A DNA stretch of 64,000 nt from the human T2T-CHM13v2.0 reference genome, Homo sapiens: assembly GCF_009914755.1 (NCBI RefSeq), contig NC_060927.1. One strand, written 5' to 3'. Position 1 is the stretch's first letter, and every line of letters begins with the position of its first letter. Below are positions 28,557-41,110 of this stretch, one piece after another. The notes beneath the pieces were generated by a model. That model searched no databases and was not told where the DNA came from. It worked only from the letters and a program-made list of their open reading frames with translations. Made by a program: the position numbers and the translations under genes.

Positions 28557-30469
28557 CTAATATACTCTTTAAACTTAATTTCTTATCTGTGAAATGGAGC
28601 TAATAATAATATATATTTCACATGTTTATAAACACTTAGCATTAAATATCATGCCTGATACACAGTAATATGGTTATCATCTTTTAAAATGTTATTTTAA
28701 TTGAATATATGTATATCAATTATTGTTTTTCTATATTATGTTTAGCATGTTCCTTCTTTAGCTGATACTATTTATTTTTACTTTTTGGTGGTCATTTTAA
28801 CAAATGTATTCTTATTTGACTAGTAATCTCTCTAGATAACTAGATAATCTAGATAATCACATTAGAGTATCCTATTTCTTAATTTTATGTTTATTCTGAG
28901 ATCAATTTTATTAAATTCACCTATTTACTTTCAATATTGTCTTGTTTATACCTACTGTTATAAATTGCAATCAGGGAACAGCAAAAGGCAAATTTTTTCT
29001 GAGGGTGGTGATCCAGATAGAGTGATTGGTCCCATCTCCTGAATGGCATTCCCTTCATTAAACACCTCACTTATGTCTTTAAAAAGCCTTCTGTAAACTC
29101 ACATTAGCCTATAACATTTTAACTGTCTTTGCTATAATATTATATTGATGAATTCTTCTATTTTCAGGTGTTCCCCTGTGTCCCCTCTCTTTCTTGAAGG
29201 GAGACAGGGGAAGATAGTAAAAATTCTTAACAGTATCTTATAGCCCAATATAGCAGTCTATAAAACTAAACTAGTGAATGTATAATTAACACAAGAAAAC
29301 TTTATTTTTTTAAACCTCAGGTTCTAAATTTAGCATCAGGACAAATTATATTTGGTCAGTTTTTACCTTTGTAATATAAGGTTCTTTTATAGCAGGGGCT
29401 GTATCTCATTCAGTTTACCTAGTAGATGCTTAATAATCTGGGCTTGATGTGTTGACTATTGATTATTAAGGATTATTAACAGTCAATTAAAGATTATTGT
29501 GGAAAATTTTTATGCAGCAATAGATAGCTAACATACTCTTTAAGCTTAGTTCTTCATCTGTGAAATGGAGATAATAATATTTCACAGGTGTGAGGATAAA
29601 ATGAGATAATTTACATAAACACAGCATTAAACACCATTGATATGTAACATGATGATTATTAGTATACTTTTAAGAATTATTAAGGACTACTGATAATCTT
29701 TAATAATTGATAGACAAACACATCAATAAAACTGTCAAGAAAATTTAGAACTGTAAAAGATGCTAAAATAATTTCTTGCTTGGTGGTTTTTAAGCTTCTT
29801 TTTAGCAGCAGAACCATTTTTTTCTAACGTACTGTTTAATACAGTCCCAGCAATACATAAATATATGTTACTCAAATAAAAGCAGAACCACACCAAGTAG
29901 GCTTTGCACTCCTCACCAGTATCCTGTGTTCCATAACTTAAGATGGACGAGATCCTCTGCAGCCTCCCATAAGCATCAACCACCTCTTGGAGAAGTGGAC
30001 TGAGCTGTTGGAGTGACACATTCTTGTTTTGTCAAAGTGAGGTTGGAAGGGCTCCATGGAGAGCCAGCTGCCAGGTGAGCAGCTGGAAAGTTGACAGAGC
30101 AAGGTGTAAGAGCCTTCCTCTCCAAAGACAACATTTTATTTCCTCTTTGTAATCAATCATGAGGAGTCAGGCCAGATAGAGACAAGGAGAGCACAGTTAC
30201 ATCTTGTATGGTTTTTTTCAGTCTAGGCTTCCCTCTCAGTACTTTAACACTCACTGAGCTTTGGCCCCTGGGGTTGCCTGGGCTCTGGGCCAGCAGCTAC
30301 CTTTGTTGAGAAAGCCCCTCACCTCTCAGCAATCCTTCTCCTTGTCTCAACTTGTGTTTGTACTCAAGACCTCTATTTGGGTTTCTTATTCTCTCATAAT
30401 TCTTCATACCTCCCATCCAGATTGGATCCTTTTTTTCTCAAAATGCTTTGTGCTTCACCCACACTGAAG

Positions 30470-30630
30470 GATGACCCCTCTCTATTGTAATTATCCCTTT
30501 CCACACCAGTCCCTTATCTTCTCCACAAGCTGGTCAGCTCCCTGAAGACAAGTGCCAAGCTTTGTCTCCCCAGCCTCAGTGCTCTGTGTATACATCCAAT
30601 ATAATTTGTTACTTGAATGAATTAATGTAT
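30470..30630 (+). mobile_element. L2 3' end fragment
   Basis: cagctccctgaagacaag...ttgttacttgaatgaattaatg tail. Confidence 0.5.
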
Positions 30631-30681
30631 CTTTACATAGAGCAGGGAACTAATATTGCATCAAAATTAAAGGTATAGTCA

Positions 30682-30786
30682 TTTGCCACTTTCTAGCTAT
30701 ATTACTTGGAGTAAATTACTTAAACACTCTGAGGCACAATTTTATGCTCTGTAAAATGGGAATAATAGGTTTACCTGCTTCATAGG
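30682..30786 (+). mobile_element. MIR, interrupted by MaLR LTR
   Basis: gtaaattacttaaacactctgaggc...ctgtaaaatgggaataatag. Confidence 0.7.
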
Positions 30787-31120
30787 TACTATAGTCTGAA
30801 TGTGTTCCCTCCAAAATTCAGGTGTTGCCAGTGCGATAGTATTAGGAGCTGAGACCTTTAAGAGGTGATTAGGCCATGAGGACTCCTTCCCTGTGAATGG
30901 GATTGGGTGCCCTTATAAAAAGTCTTATGGAGGAAATTTATCCTTTTCTTGCCTTTCTGCCTTCCACCATGTGAGGATGCAGCAAGAAGGCCCTCACCAG
31001 ATGCCAGCACTTTGATCATGGACTTCCCAGCTTCCAGAACCGTGAAAAATAAACTTCTGTTCTTTGCAAATTACCTAGTCTCAGGTATTTTGTCATAGAA
31101 GCACGAAACAGACAAAGACA
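30787..31120 (+). mobile_element. MaLR LTR (MSTD/MLT1A-like)
   Basis: tactatagtctgaatgtgttccctccaaaattcaggtgttgcc...ggacttcccagcttccagaaccgtgaaaaataaa...aagaca. Confidence 0.85.
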
Positions 31121-32069
31121 ATGGAGGAGCTTCAATAATTTAATTAGGTTTTCCACATTAAAATATGAAGCACTAAATTACCACATGCAGGATATACTCA
31201 AAGAATGTTACCTGTGATAATAATAATGGTAATAGTTATTAATAGCTATGGCAGTTACTGTTATGATTATCATCTGCTCTGTGTTTTGTTCCTAAAGTCA
31301 GAGATTTCTACTCTGTTAGGTAAGAACCCAAAGCAAAGAGCCAGCTGCCTCTTCCCTCTGCCATATCCCAAGAGTCACACCCAAGATCCTCATGCCCTCT
31401 GGCCATCAGATTACACTTGTATCTTGGAGGTTCCTCTGTGGTTTTTCTCACACTTGCTTAAAAATAATAGCCATTGCCTTTGGGCTAATTACAATCTTCT
31501 GTATACTGGAGTTTCCATGCAGAGGTGTGTCAAGGGCCTGCTCTCCCACTATAAGATTTTGTTGGCTCCTTTCATTACATATTGTTCTCACTGGTTTTTA
31601 TTTTAGCCTGTTTGCCAGGAAAAGAAAAAAGGCCAATGGTGCCAAGAATAAAGATTCTGAGAGGTAGCTGGAGCACAGGGGCTTCCAAAGGTATAAAACA
31701 ATGTGAAAATTCTTCTCTAGTATGGTCTAATTCACCTCCTGAGAAACAAGCTTAACAGGAGCTCACCTGAAGAGTCTATGACATCTTACAAATCCCTGTG
31801 GAAAAGCTGATCTTAGAGCAAAGGTGCAGCTTTCCACAGGGTAATGTTGGCCATATGGGCAGACAATGGTCAGGCTAGAATGCGGTAGAAGCCTCCCTTG
31901 TTGCCACGTAGAACAACACTGCAGTCCTTTACCCCATCTTTCTGCCAAGTTCACACCACCTCATCTCCTACCTTACAAGAGATTTGTCTTACATTTTGAA
32001 TACAAGATCATGTGTTATTCGGTGTGCATGTTTTTCAACATTGATCCCCTTTTCTATGACCCAATAAGG

Positions 32070-32230
32070 ATTTATTGAAAATCTGTTATGTGCCAGACTT
32101 GTGTCTCTTATCTCATTTAATCCTAAAATACTATGAGATAGTTATCATTAGTCCCATTTTACAAATGAGAAAACTGAGGCTAACAAAAATAAATAATTTG
32201 ACAAAACTACAGTCATTTAGTGGTGGGGAG
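32070..32230 (-). mobile_element. MIR
   Basis: atctcatttaatcct...cccattttacaaatgagaaaactgaggct. Confidence 0.8.
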
Positions 32231-32599
32231 GAGAAAAGCTCCATTAATAGTCTCCAAGCTTTTAAAAACTAAGCAAAAATCTTCTAATAACTTACTTTTT
32301 ATAACAAAGTATGTGACTAGGTATGCAAATAGGCACACCACATATAACAACTGACTTCTTATAAATAACTATATATGGTTATATATATATAATTTTGTAT
32401 ATATAATATATATATAAAATATGTACATAAAAATGTAGATATGTTCTTAGGAAGAAAAGTTAAAATTAAAATACTGTTAAAGAAATTTACAAGAAACTCT
32501 TTTATTCAAGGAATAGGTAGCATTCACATGTACACTACAGAATGTCATTCCTAAGGCTGGGGTCAGAGGAACCTGCCTATCTGGCAGGAGGCAGGTTAG

Positions 32600-32995
32600 A
32601 ACATGGATTTTGAATGAGAAGCTAGGTATCAAGTCCTGGCTCCACCATTAACATGGGAAAGTTACTGAATCTGCCCTGCTTTGGGGTATCTTCATTTGTA
32701 AAATAAATGGTTATGTTAGGTCAGTGGTTTCCAAATATTGGCCTGTGATCAATTTTTCATTAGTCTGTGGGAAAATGAGAAAAATAACAATGGACTTATT
32801 TATGAAATTAAATTTATTTATTGTATAAATCTGTTAAAATTGTTTACTTTTATGAACACTAGACATTCTCCCCTGTTCCCTTTGAGCATCCTCACATAGC
32901 AAAATTCAAGTATGCTCTCTATAACAGGACCCTGATGTTAAAATATTTGTGTATTTTTGTTGGTCCATAAATCCAAAGGTCTGGGAATCACTAGA
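32600..32995. mobile_element. MIR fragment followed by degenerate hAT-Charlie MITE (about 32722-32993)
   Basis: MIR: caagtcctggctccacc...cttcatttgtaaaat. hAT-like ends CAGTGGTTTCCAAA ... TGGGAATCACTA. Confidence 0.45.
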
Positions 32996-35118
32996 CTAAG
33001 TGATCATGAATATCTTTTCTAGCTCCAGAATTCTAACCACTTCTTAAGTCACAAATAGTATTTAACCAACTCTAAAGTAGAAGGAAGAACAAAAGTAAAA
33101 ACTTTTACTCTTTTTTCTTCTTTTTTAACTCAACATTTCCCCAAATGTGTCCTGTGACAGACAAACCCCTGTTAAGATATTATAGATCTTCTATGGAAAA
33201 GAGGATTCTTAGTCAAATGAGTGTGAGAAACAAAAAGTTGTACAGGTTTCTTTATTGAGAATGTGCAAACTGCTAACACTTATTGTGATTCCCCCCTTAA
33301 AGACTCCACAAGTTATTGACAGGAATCAGCTGCCCTTCCACCCTCACCCCAAACTCTACCCATTGTAGGACAAACAGTGCACCTATGCCTGGAGCACAGT
33401 TTGAAAAAGATGACTTCAGCTAAAAGGTCCTCAATAGCTTTCCAATAAAGAAAAAACATAATATTAAAAACAAGACCTGCCATTTCTTTTATCATTATTA
33501 TAATTTGATGTTTTTTTCCAAATTACCAAAACTACAAATATTTTTTAAATAAACAACAAAAGTTTTGTGGCCATTTTCGACAACTATGTTTTTTTTTCTT
33601 TCCCATTATAAATAAAGAAAAATTGTGTCAAGAGATTTGTGTCTAGTGATTGCAACACGATAATTAAAGCACTGGGATTGTCCAGAAGTTTGCAGTAACA
33701 AAGTTGCACCTATATCATCCCTATGCAATGAATAAAAAGTAAAATAAAAGTCTTCTGTAGGTATTAAGACTGAGAAAACCCCCAGACTCTTCTCAAATGA
33801 TATGTTACTGTTAAATATTCCATTAGTAGGTACAATTAACTCTGAATGCTTGTGGCTCATAATTGATTTATTTAAATCACAGTTTTATTGTGATCAAGGA
33901 GCAAAACTCTTGGTAGAAAAAGATCTAAGAGTGCTTGTTTTTTATTTTTCTTTAATTATTTGATTAGAGTTGAGAAAGTTTACTTAGTCTTTTTTATTGC
34001 TGTTCACATTATCGTGTGAAATATCAACTAGCCAACCGCTTCAGCCTTCACATGCTGGATTCAAGTTTCACTTTACCCACCGAGGAAAGAACAGTTTTCA
34101 CTTGGGACAAGATGATCCTGGGGCAGACTACCCAGAGAGAGGACCTAGGGATGATCTTTTGGATATTCTGACACTAGCAACCTTTCTTTCTGACTTTAGG
34201 CACACCAGGTTCTTGACAAGCCTGCAGCTCTGCATTACTTCTGATGTTTTCCATCATGACTGTATGGTAAATTCCAGCCTGTTTTTCACAATCCTGCTGA
34301 CTACAGCAGTCTGCAACCATAAAAAGCCTTCACAGACCTAGAGTTGGCTTAGAGAAGTGCCTCTGCAGAGAAACAAAAGTACATGCAACATTTATGTTCA
34401 GAGACAGGAGAGAGGCAACAGCCTCTTGTTTTGGTTTCTGATGGGCTCAAAGGGTTGTTTTTAGGGTCAAAATTTAGAAATTTTAATTTTCTTCTGATAA
34501 CATTTGTAAACAAAATACCAACACTAAAATGAGAGCAATTTAGCCAAGAAAAGGGGGAGTGTCCTGTCCAACAGCTCAAGCCCTCTTCCAAACTCCACTG
34601 GAGGGACGTGTCTGCAAATCAGCACATGACCGTACTTTGGTCTGACCTGCCTAGACTCCCTCAGCTTCCTGGTCAACAGGTATGTTTGAGGTTCACACCA
34701 AAGATTCAAGGTTTCAGAACCAGCTTCTTTTGAATCTTAAGCTAGTACTGATTCAGTCTCTGGGGAGGAGGATAAAAACACCAAACAACTCTTTCTAACA
34801 GACTATAATATCCATTTACACAATATGATTCAATACACAAGCACTATAGTTAGAAAGTATACAGTTCAAGCTCTGATGAACAGCTGCTCAATGTAATAAG
34901 TTTGTTTTCATTTTTGCAATAAAGAGCTGTAATTGAAAAGTAAATAACAGGAGGGGAAAGTAAAAGTTTAAGAGACCCCTTCACACATTTGAACTTTGAA
35001 TCTCTGCAGAATAACTCTATTCCCCCCGTATGGTAAAGCAGATCATATTTAAAATCAACATTTAAAAACATCTATATCTTAATATTATTTTTAAAACATA
35101 AAACATCAGGCTACTTGC

Positions 35119-35218
35119 CTTTTGGCAATTTCTGTGCATTTCCCAGGGCTAGTGTAATACTTCCACAGAGAAGTAGACACCCCAAACTGGAGAGCATGTT
35201 GCATTTGCCACCTCGCAT
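35119..35218 (-). CDS. ABI3BP: ABI3BP (TARSH) first coding exon, signal peptide; 100 coding nt from ATG1 (35218) or 79 nt from ATG2 (35197), phase-1 intron follows
   Basis: The reverse complement reads ATG CGA GGT GGC AAA TGC AAC ATG CTC TCC AGT TTG GGG TGT CTA CTT CTC TGT GGA AGT ATT ACA CTA GCC CTG GGA AAT GCA CAG AAA TTG CCA AAA G|gcaagt = MRGGKCNMLSSLGCLLLCGSITLALGNAQKLPK. This matches the human ABI3BP N-terminus as I recall it (continues GKRPNLKVHINTTSD...). The hydrophobic core is typical of a signal peptide. Confidence 0.93.
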
Positions 35219-35400
35219 GGGGAATGATGCTGGTGGGTGCCTCGCAACCCTGGAGCTGCATTTAAGTGGACTGTCTCCCAGTGACAGAGGCGGGCGGCTG
35301 CACTTAGCTGTGCCGTGGGCTTACTCACAGGGGGTGGAGACAAGATGACATCACACCCTTTCCCACACACACCAAAAAAAAAAAAAAAAAAGCACAACAG
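35219..35400 (-). promoter_or_regulatory. ABI3BP: ABI3BP 5'UTR/core promoter (non-CpG-island)
   Basis: TATA-like CTTAAAT on minus (35266-35260). GC box GGCGGGCGG at about 35289-35298, AP-1-like TTACTCA 35321-35327, GGGGGTGGAG CACCC-type box at about 35330-35339, CRE-like TGACATCA 35346-35353, and an A18 tract 35374-35391 lie directly upstream of the ATGs. Confidence 0.65.
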
Positions 35401-35849
35401 CAAAAACATATCATCACATTTCTTTCTTTCTGCTAAGTTGTAACTGTGTCTCTTCCTTCTGTGATATAAAAATTCAAATTATGGCAGATCTGTATTTGTG
35501 AAAGAAGAAGTATTTAGGCAGTTTTGAAACATTTGATAAACTATTTTAAAGAATCCAGAAATAATGTACTAAAAGCTATCAAAATGTTAAAAATATAAAA
35601 TAAAACCTTATTAAGAAGGAAACTTTTTAATTATCCAGTAAACCAACCCAATTCTTTTAAATGGGAGTAAACTCATAAAGATATATTTTGAGCCATTCTG
35701 TAGTTCCTGTATTATGAGAAACATTTAAGAGTGAGTCTTTGGCTACAAAGCTATACATTACGTTATAATATATATGTGTATACACATATATTCAACAGAT
35801 GTAGATGTAGAGACGTAGAGAGAGCACTATTACTATGTGAGCCTCAACT

Positions 35850-36290
35850 GTGGACTGAGTTCTGTAATCGAGTCTTTACCTACTTTACTGTATTTTAATC
35901 TTCCCAGTGCCTCTGCAGGAGATATGGCATTATCCCCATTTTGCCATTAAGAAAAGCTGAGGAAAAAAGGTTAAGTGTCCTGACAATGCTAGTATATTCT
36001 ACTGCTTAATAACGGATGCCACTTACTAATGAATTGTCCTTGAGCAAACTTCATCTCTATATTATCAATATTGATGACATTTAAATGCTTGCTCCGTGTT
36101 AGGCACTGATCGAATCAGTTTACACATGTTAAGACATTTATTCCTCAAAACGGTCTATGAGGCAGGCATTGTCATCATCCCCATTTTACAGATAGATAAA
36201 CTGGGCACAGAGAGGTCAAGTGAAAGTCCAAGGTCACAGTGTTGGCATTTTAAGCAGCCCATTTAACTATAGTGCTTCCAGTCTTAATTA
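35850..36290 (-). mobile_element. Two MIR fragments upstream of the promoter
   Basis: attatccccattttgcc... (about 35930) and catccccattttacagatagataaactgggcacagagaggtcaag...ccaaggtcacag (about 36175-36240). Confidence 0.7.
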
Positions 36291-37536
36291 CTACATTTTA
36301 GATTCTAAAATAAAGATGACAGTATCAATTTCTTACATTTGCTAGCAGTTTTTCGAAAGTAGTTGCCATAGAGCCTGACACACAGGAAACATTTACTAAA
36401 TGGCAGTCACTGGAAACAATAATAATGAAAATGATAAGCCCCCAGTTAAGTAGAACTATAATTCTAACCTGGGCATATTTACCTCTGAAGTCCACATGTG
36501 TATCCTTTCCCCCTACATCACTTTGGTCAAAATATATAGACGCATGGGTGGAATGGCTGGGTTAATAAAGCACTTTAAACCTTGTTGGTATATTTATACT
36601 GACTCTTTGAAAATCGCTTACCTCATTGGGGTGCTGTAGCTGAACCAAAAACAGTAAGAGAAAAATTAAATAACACTGGTCAAATGAAATTCTAGTTAGA
36701 AAACTTATCAAAAAGAAAAAAGAAGAAAAAATGGAAGAGACAGCCCCGTCTTCCAAATAAAGTGTGAGAAGGCACCTTGTTAAAGTCATTTAGAGTTGGC
36801 TGGGTCTAAGCTCTCACCATAGGAATGCTCTGGCAGTGACTACAGGAGGCACTGGCTTATTTAACAGGTCTTTTTCATCTCTGATTTTTTACTTGAATAA
36901 GCAGTTCCCTCAATCGGGGTTAGGACATTTATCCAGCTGGCACTGCTGGTTCTGCTCCTATATGTCATTGCCATCACATTAAGCCAGTGAGACCACTGTG
37001 TTAGCAGGAAATGACAGGTTTTCTGAGGGGAACAAACCCAGCAGAAATATTGTAAAGAAGGCTGGTTCTTCAAAACATTTATGAGGGGCTGGTGCAAGAG
37101 TTAGGAATTGACCTCTGCTTGGCCAGCAGGAATTCAGGAATTGGCCTCTGCATGGCCAGCAGGCAAAGTCAAATCCACCTTAGCAATCATTATTTGCAGT
37201 TTTGCAACTGACTGTAGGCTAATTAAATGAAGCACAATCTCTAATTATTGTGTCAGAAATAAAAAATGGTTGCATTATCTTAGCTAGTAGGACACTTGAA
37301 CATTCAGTGAGGATGTTGAAAGTATTAGGGCTCTCCTCAGACTAGGGAGGAGTAACACTACAGAAAGCAACTGTGCCTCTTTTGCTACTGTCTCTAGTGC
37401 CTAGAATATAAGAATACAATAAGTACATGATGAGTAAGTGTCAAATGAAACAGAATTCATCAATTCCTCCCAATAACCTAAGGGTTAGTTCTAGATTATG
37501 TCAGAGAACACTTGAGTATGACCTAGAATGTGCAGT

Positions 37537-38014
37537 TGTTGGGAGATAATTTTGCAAGGGTAACTAATGTTTCCGCACATCCTATGAGCAGAGGCACTAA
37601 CTCCCTATGTTCCAGAATATCTTGTAAAGAATATTTGCACATAAAATATCCTTGGAAGATAGAAATTTGTGTTCTGTTCCATATAATAAAGGTAACATCT
37701 CCCTCTGGGGCAATGTGAATACATGATCACTTCCCATTATAAAATATTTAAGTTCTCTAAGCTTGTCATTCCTCTTCTGTAAAACAACCCATGGCATGTG
37801 TACATATCACCTGTACCTCTTTGTGTTGTCCTGTGAGAATTTGGGCTCCTAGAACTAGTGCAAATGCTGATATTCAGGCTACTGCTATTGCTGTAATAAA
37901 CTGTCCTTTCCTTTGTCTTTGACCCAGGTGTTTTGTGTCTCCTGCCAGCCTCTATGAACTGCATGTTAGCTTGCAGATAGGGTAAAAATCTCAGATCTTT
38001 CACAGTTCTTGAAA
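37537..38014 (+). mobile_element. ERVL solo LTR (LTR40-like)
   Basis: Starts tgttgggagataat; contains gagcagaggcactaac, ccttggaagatagaa and aataaa; ends gggtaaaaatctcagatctttcacagttcttga. Confidence 0.75.
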
Positions 38015-38725
38015 ATAGTATTGGCCCGCGTTAAAATATTTTATTAAATCATGCTTTAGTATAGTGCATTTTGTGTAATACCTACACTGAAGTCTATTAT
38101 AAGAATCAGCCATGAAACCCCCTATTGTACATAGTAAGAGTGTTGCTAGACATTGCTTACTACATCATATAGTACCTCCTAAAAAATAACAACCCTGGAG
38201 AAAACGTCTGACTGCTGTGTCAAATATGAAAAGTTGTGGCTATTTTTCCAGAGCAACTGTATTTATTTTTTGACATTGTAACCAGGTTTCTCTTTCTGTG
38301 TTGACTGGTAGAAAATTAGAGCCAAATACATCCCCCACCCATATTAAGTGTATAGGTCTTTGTGATGTGCATTCTTTGACATCATTCTTGGCTTTATTTT
38401 TCGTCCCCACCCTTATTTCTTGCTTATTTTACTTGGAGTCTTAATTTATGTGATTTTGTAAGTTGTTTTAATTTGTTTCTGGAGCAAGGTGAGGTAAAAC
38501 AAACAAACCCCACACACAGAAGTTGTGTCAAAAAACATGTGTCACAAGCTATAAAGTGGGCATCTGGGAACCTGTTCTTTTTCCTTTTCTATGCAACCGT
38601 AGACTGATAGAATTTTGGTACAATGATTGTATGGCATTTTTTTAAGAATACTTTCTCCTTGGGGAAGTCAGTGAAATCCACGAGATTAGAAGACATCTAG
38701 ACCACTGCTCAAATAAGTGTCATAG

Positions 38726-38947
<222 letters not shown>

Positions 38948-39849
38948 TAATTTCATTATTTCAAATGAGACTTCTATTAAAACTCATACATCTTTCAAAT
39001 CTTGGAAGTCAACTTTGTGCAGTCATTTAACCTATTTGTCCATATTTTTAGTCTCTGTAAAGTATTATGCTAGGAGATTTTTAAAAGGCTTGCATGTATG
39101 CAATTAATATTTGAAGCTATGCTGTGGTTTTTCTAAGGGATGCTAATAAAAATAATTTTAATATGACTTATTTGAAATGGGAAACCCAGTGTTCCATGTT
39201 TTCATCCCAAATCTTTTTTCTTTAATCACTTTCCTGAATTAGACCCATGATCCAATTGGACAAGTGTCCTGCTCCAGTGGAGGTACATTTGGCCAGAGCA
39301 TGAAGTTCTCTTCCACAATTCTTTTTATAGCACAGAGATGTACTGCCCCTTAAACACCTAAGTGATATTTGCAGGTTATTCTTCAGTTTGTCTAAGGCAT
39401 CTTGACCTCTAAATTTTTGGCTTCATAACCTTGAGTTAATTAGCAACTTGTACTTATAAAACAGTGTGAAGGATCTATTCATCTAGAAACAAGCTTCTTT
39501 AAGACCTAAGTTGTATATCTCTAAGCTGTGAAATTTGCTTTCCTTGTTTTATCTACATTCTGCTTTCTTCATGGAGATGCTGAGTACCTAGCTGAACTTG
39601 TGCAGGTGAAGGGAATTTTTTTTAACTTAAGCTTCAAATAATGTAAGAATTGATGGAGTCAAGAGCTGAGTGAGAAACATAAGTTAGTAAACTAGAGAAG
39701 GAACTCTGAACAGGAGGATATGCCAGAGGAGGATCCTGAAAGTTAGAGTACTGCATCAGGGAGGCTGACAGCCTGGGGCATGCAAGTATGCAGCAGCATG
39801 TTGAACGAGTAGTTGTCTGGTGGTCCTGGGAACATACCTAGGACCATGC

Positions 39850-39988
39850 AAATTCAACTAATGTGCACATCTTTGAGATGTGGGAGGAAACATGAGGACC
39901 CAGAGAAAACCCACGCAGACATGGAAAGAACGTCAAACTTTACATAGTGGCACCAGTTATGAAACAATTTTATTCCAGGAACTGCTGT
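39850..39988. mobile_element. Tigger2-type DNA transposon end fragment
   Basis: gatgtgggaggaaac...cagagaaaacccacgcagacatgg...ttattccaggaactgctg followed by TA. Confidence 0.7.
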
Positions 39989-39989
39989 A

Positions 39990-41075
39990 CATAATTTGGT
40001 GAGTTTTAACACTTGTCTTGGCACATGTGTTTACCGGGGAAATCCTCACCGTAATCATGACAATAAACATATCCCTCACTTCCTAGAGAATTCTTGTGTC
40101 CCTTTTCAATCTCACCCTCTTCCCTCTCGGTGCCTACCACATGATGCCTCACAACCACTGATCTGCTTTCTAGTACAATGCACTTCACTGCATTTTCTAG
40201 AATTTTACATAAATGAAATCATGCAGTATGTACTCTATTACTGACCAGCTTCTTTCACTCATCATGGTTATAATTAGATTCACTTATGGACATTTGGGCT
40301 ATTGCCAGTTTGGGCTCTTACAAATAAGGCTGCAATGAACATTTGTATATATGTCTTTGGATGGATGGATGGATTTTATTTGTCTTGGATAAATATCCAA
40401 TATTCCAAGTAGAGTGGACTACCTAATCGGGTGTATGTTTAAATTTTTAAGAAACTACCAAACCCATTTCCAAAGTGGCTGTGCAATTCTATCTTCACAC
40501 CTATAGTACATGGAGGTTCCAGTTCCTCCATGTCTTCAACATTTGCATGTCAGACATTTTAATTTTTGCCATTCTTACAGGTATGTAGTGCCAGATTTGG
40601 GGTTAATTTGCATTTTCCTAATGGCAAATGACGATAAACATGTTTTCAGGTCTTTTTTGCCATTCGCTTATTTATTTTTTTTTAGTAAGGTGTCTGTTCA
40701 AAAGTCTTTTTTCCACTTTTGAGGGAGGAGTTTGTTTGTTTCTTTATAATAGAGTTTTGTGAGCCCTTTACATACTCTGAACTTAGGTTTTTTTTAAATC
40801 AGATATATACTTTGCAAATATTTCCTCCCTATCATGGCTTGTTTTTTATTCCTTCAGCAGTCTCTTTTGAGGTGCACAGTTCTTAATTTAGATAATGTCT
40901 GATTTGTCCTACTTTTTTGTTATAGATTTTACTTTTGGTGTCATAGCTAAAAATCCTTTGCCAAATCCAAAGGCATGAAAATATTCTAAGTTTTATATTT
41001 AAATCTGTGAGCCATCCTGAGTTGATTTTTGCATACAGTGCATGGTATGAATCCGAATCCAAGTTCTTTTTTCTT

Positions 41076-41110
<35 letters not shown>

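Noticed and set aside
32370-32425. (TA)-rich stretch
   Set aside because: Ordinary low-complexity AT sequence with no further structure.
35109-35114. Canonical GT donor AA|GTAGCC as the exon 1 boundary
   Set aside because: Poor match to the donor consensus at +4..+6, whereas AG|GCAAGT matches at every position except +2. Not formally excluded without mRNA alignment.
35115-35409. ORF-track entries 35115-35348 (+) and 35149-35409 (-) as the gene at this position
   Set aside because: Wrong strand or frame. The recognisable ABI3BP peptide is in a different minus-strand frame, too short for the track.
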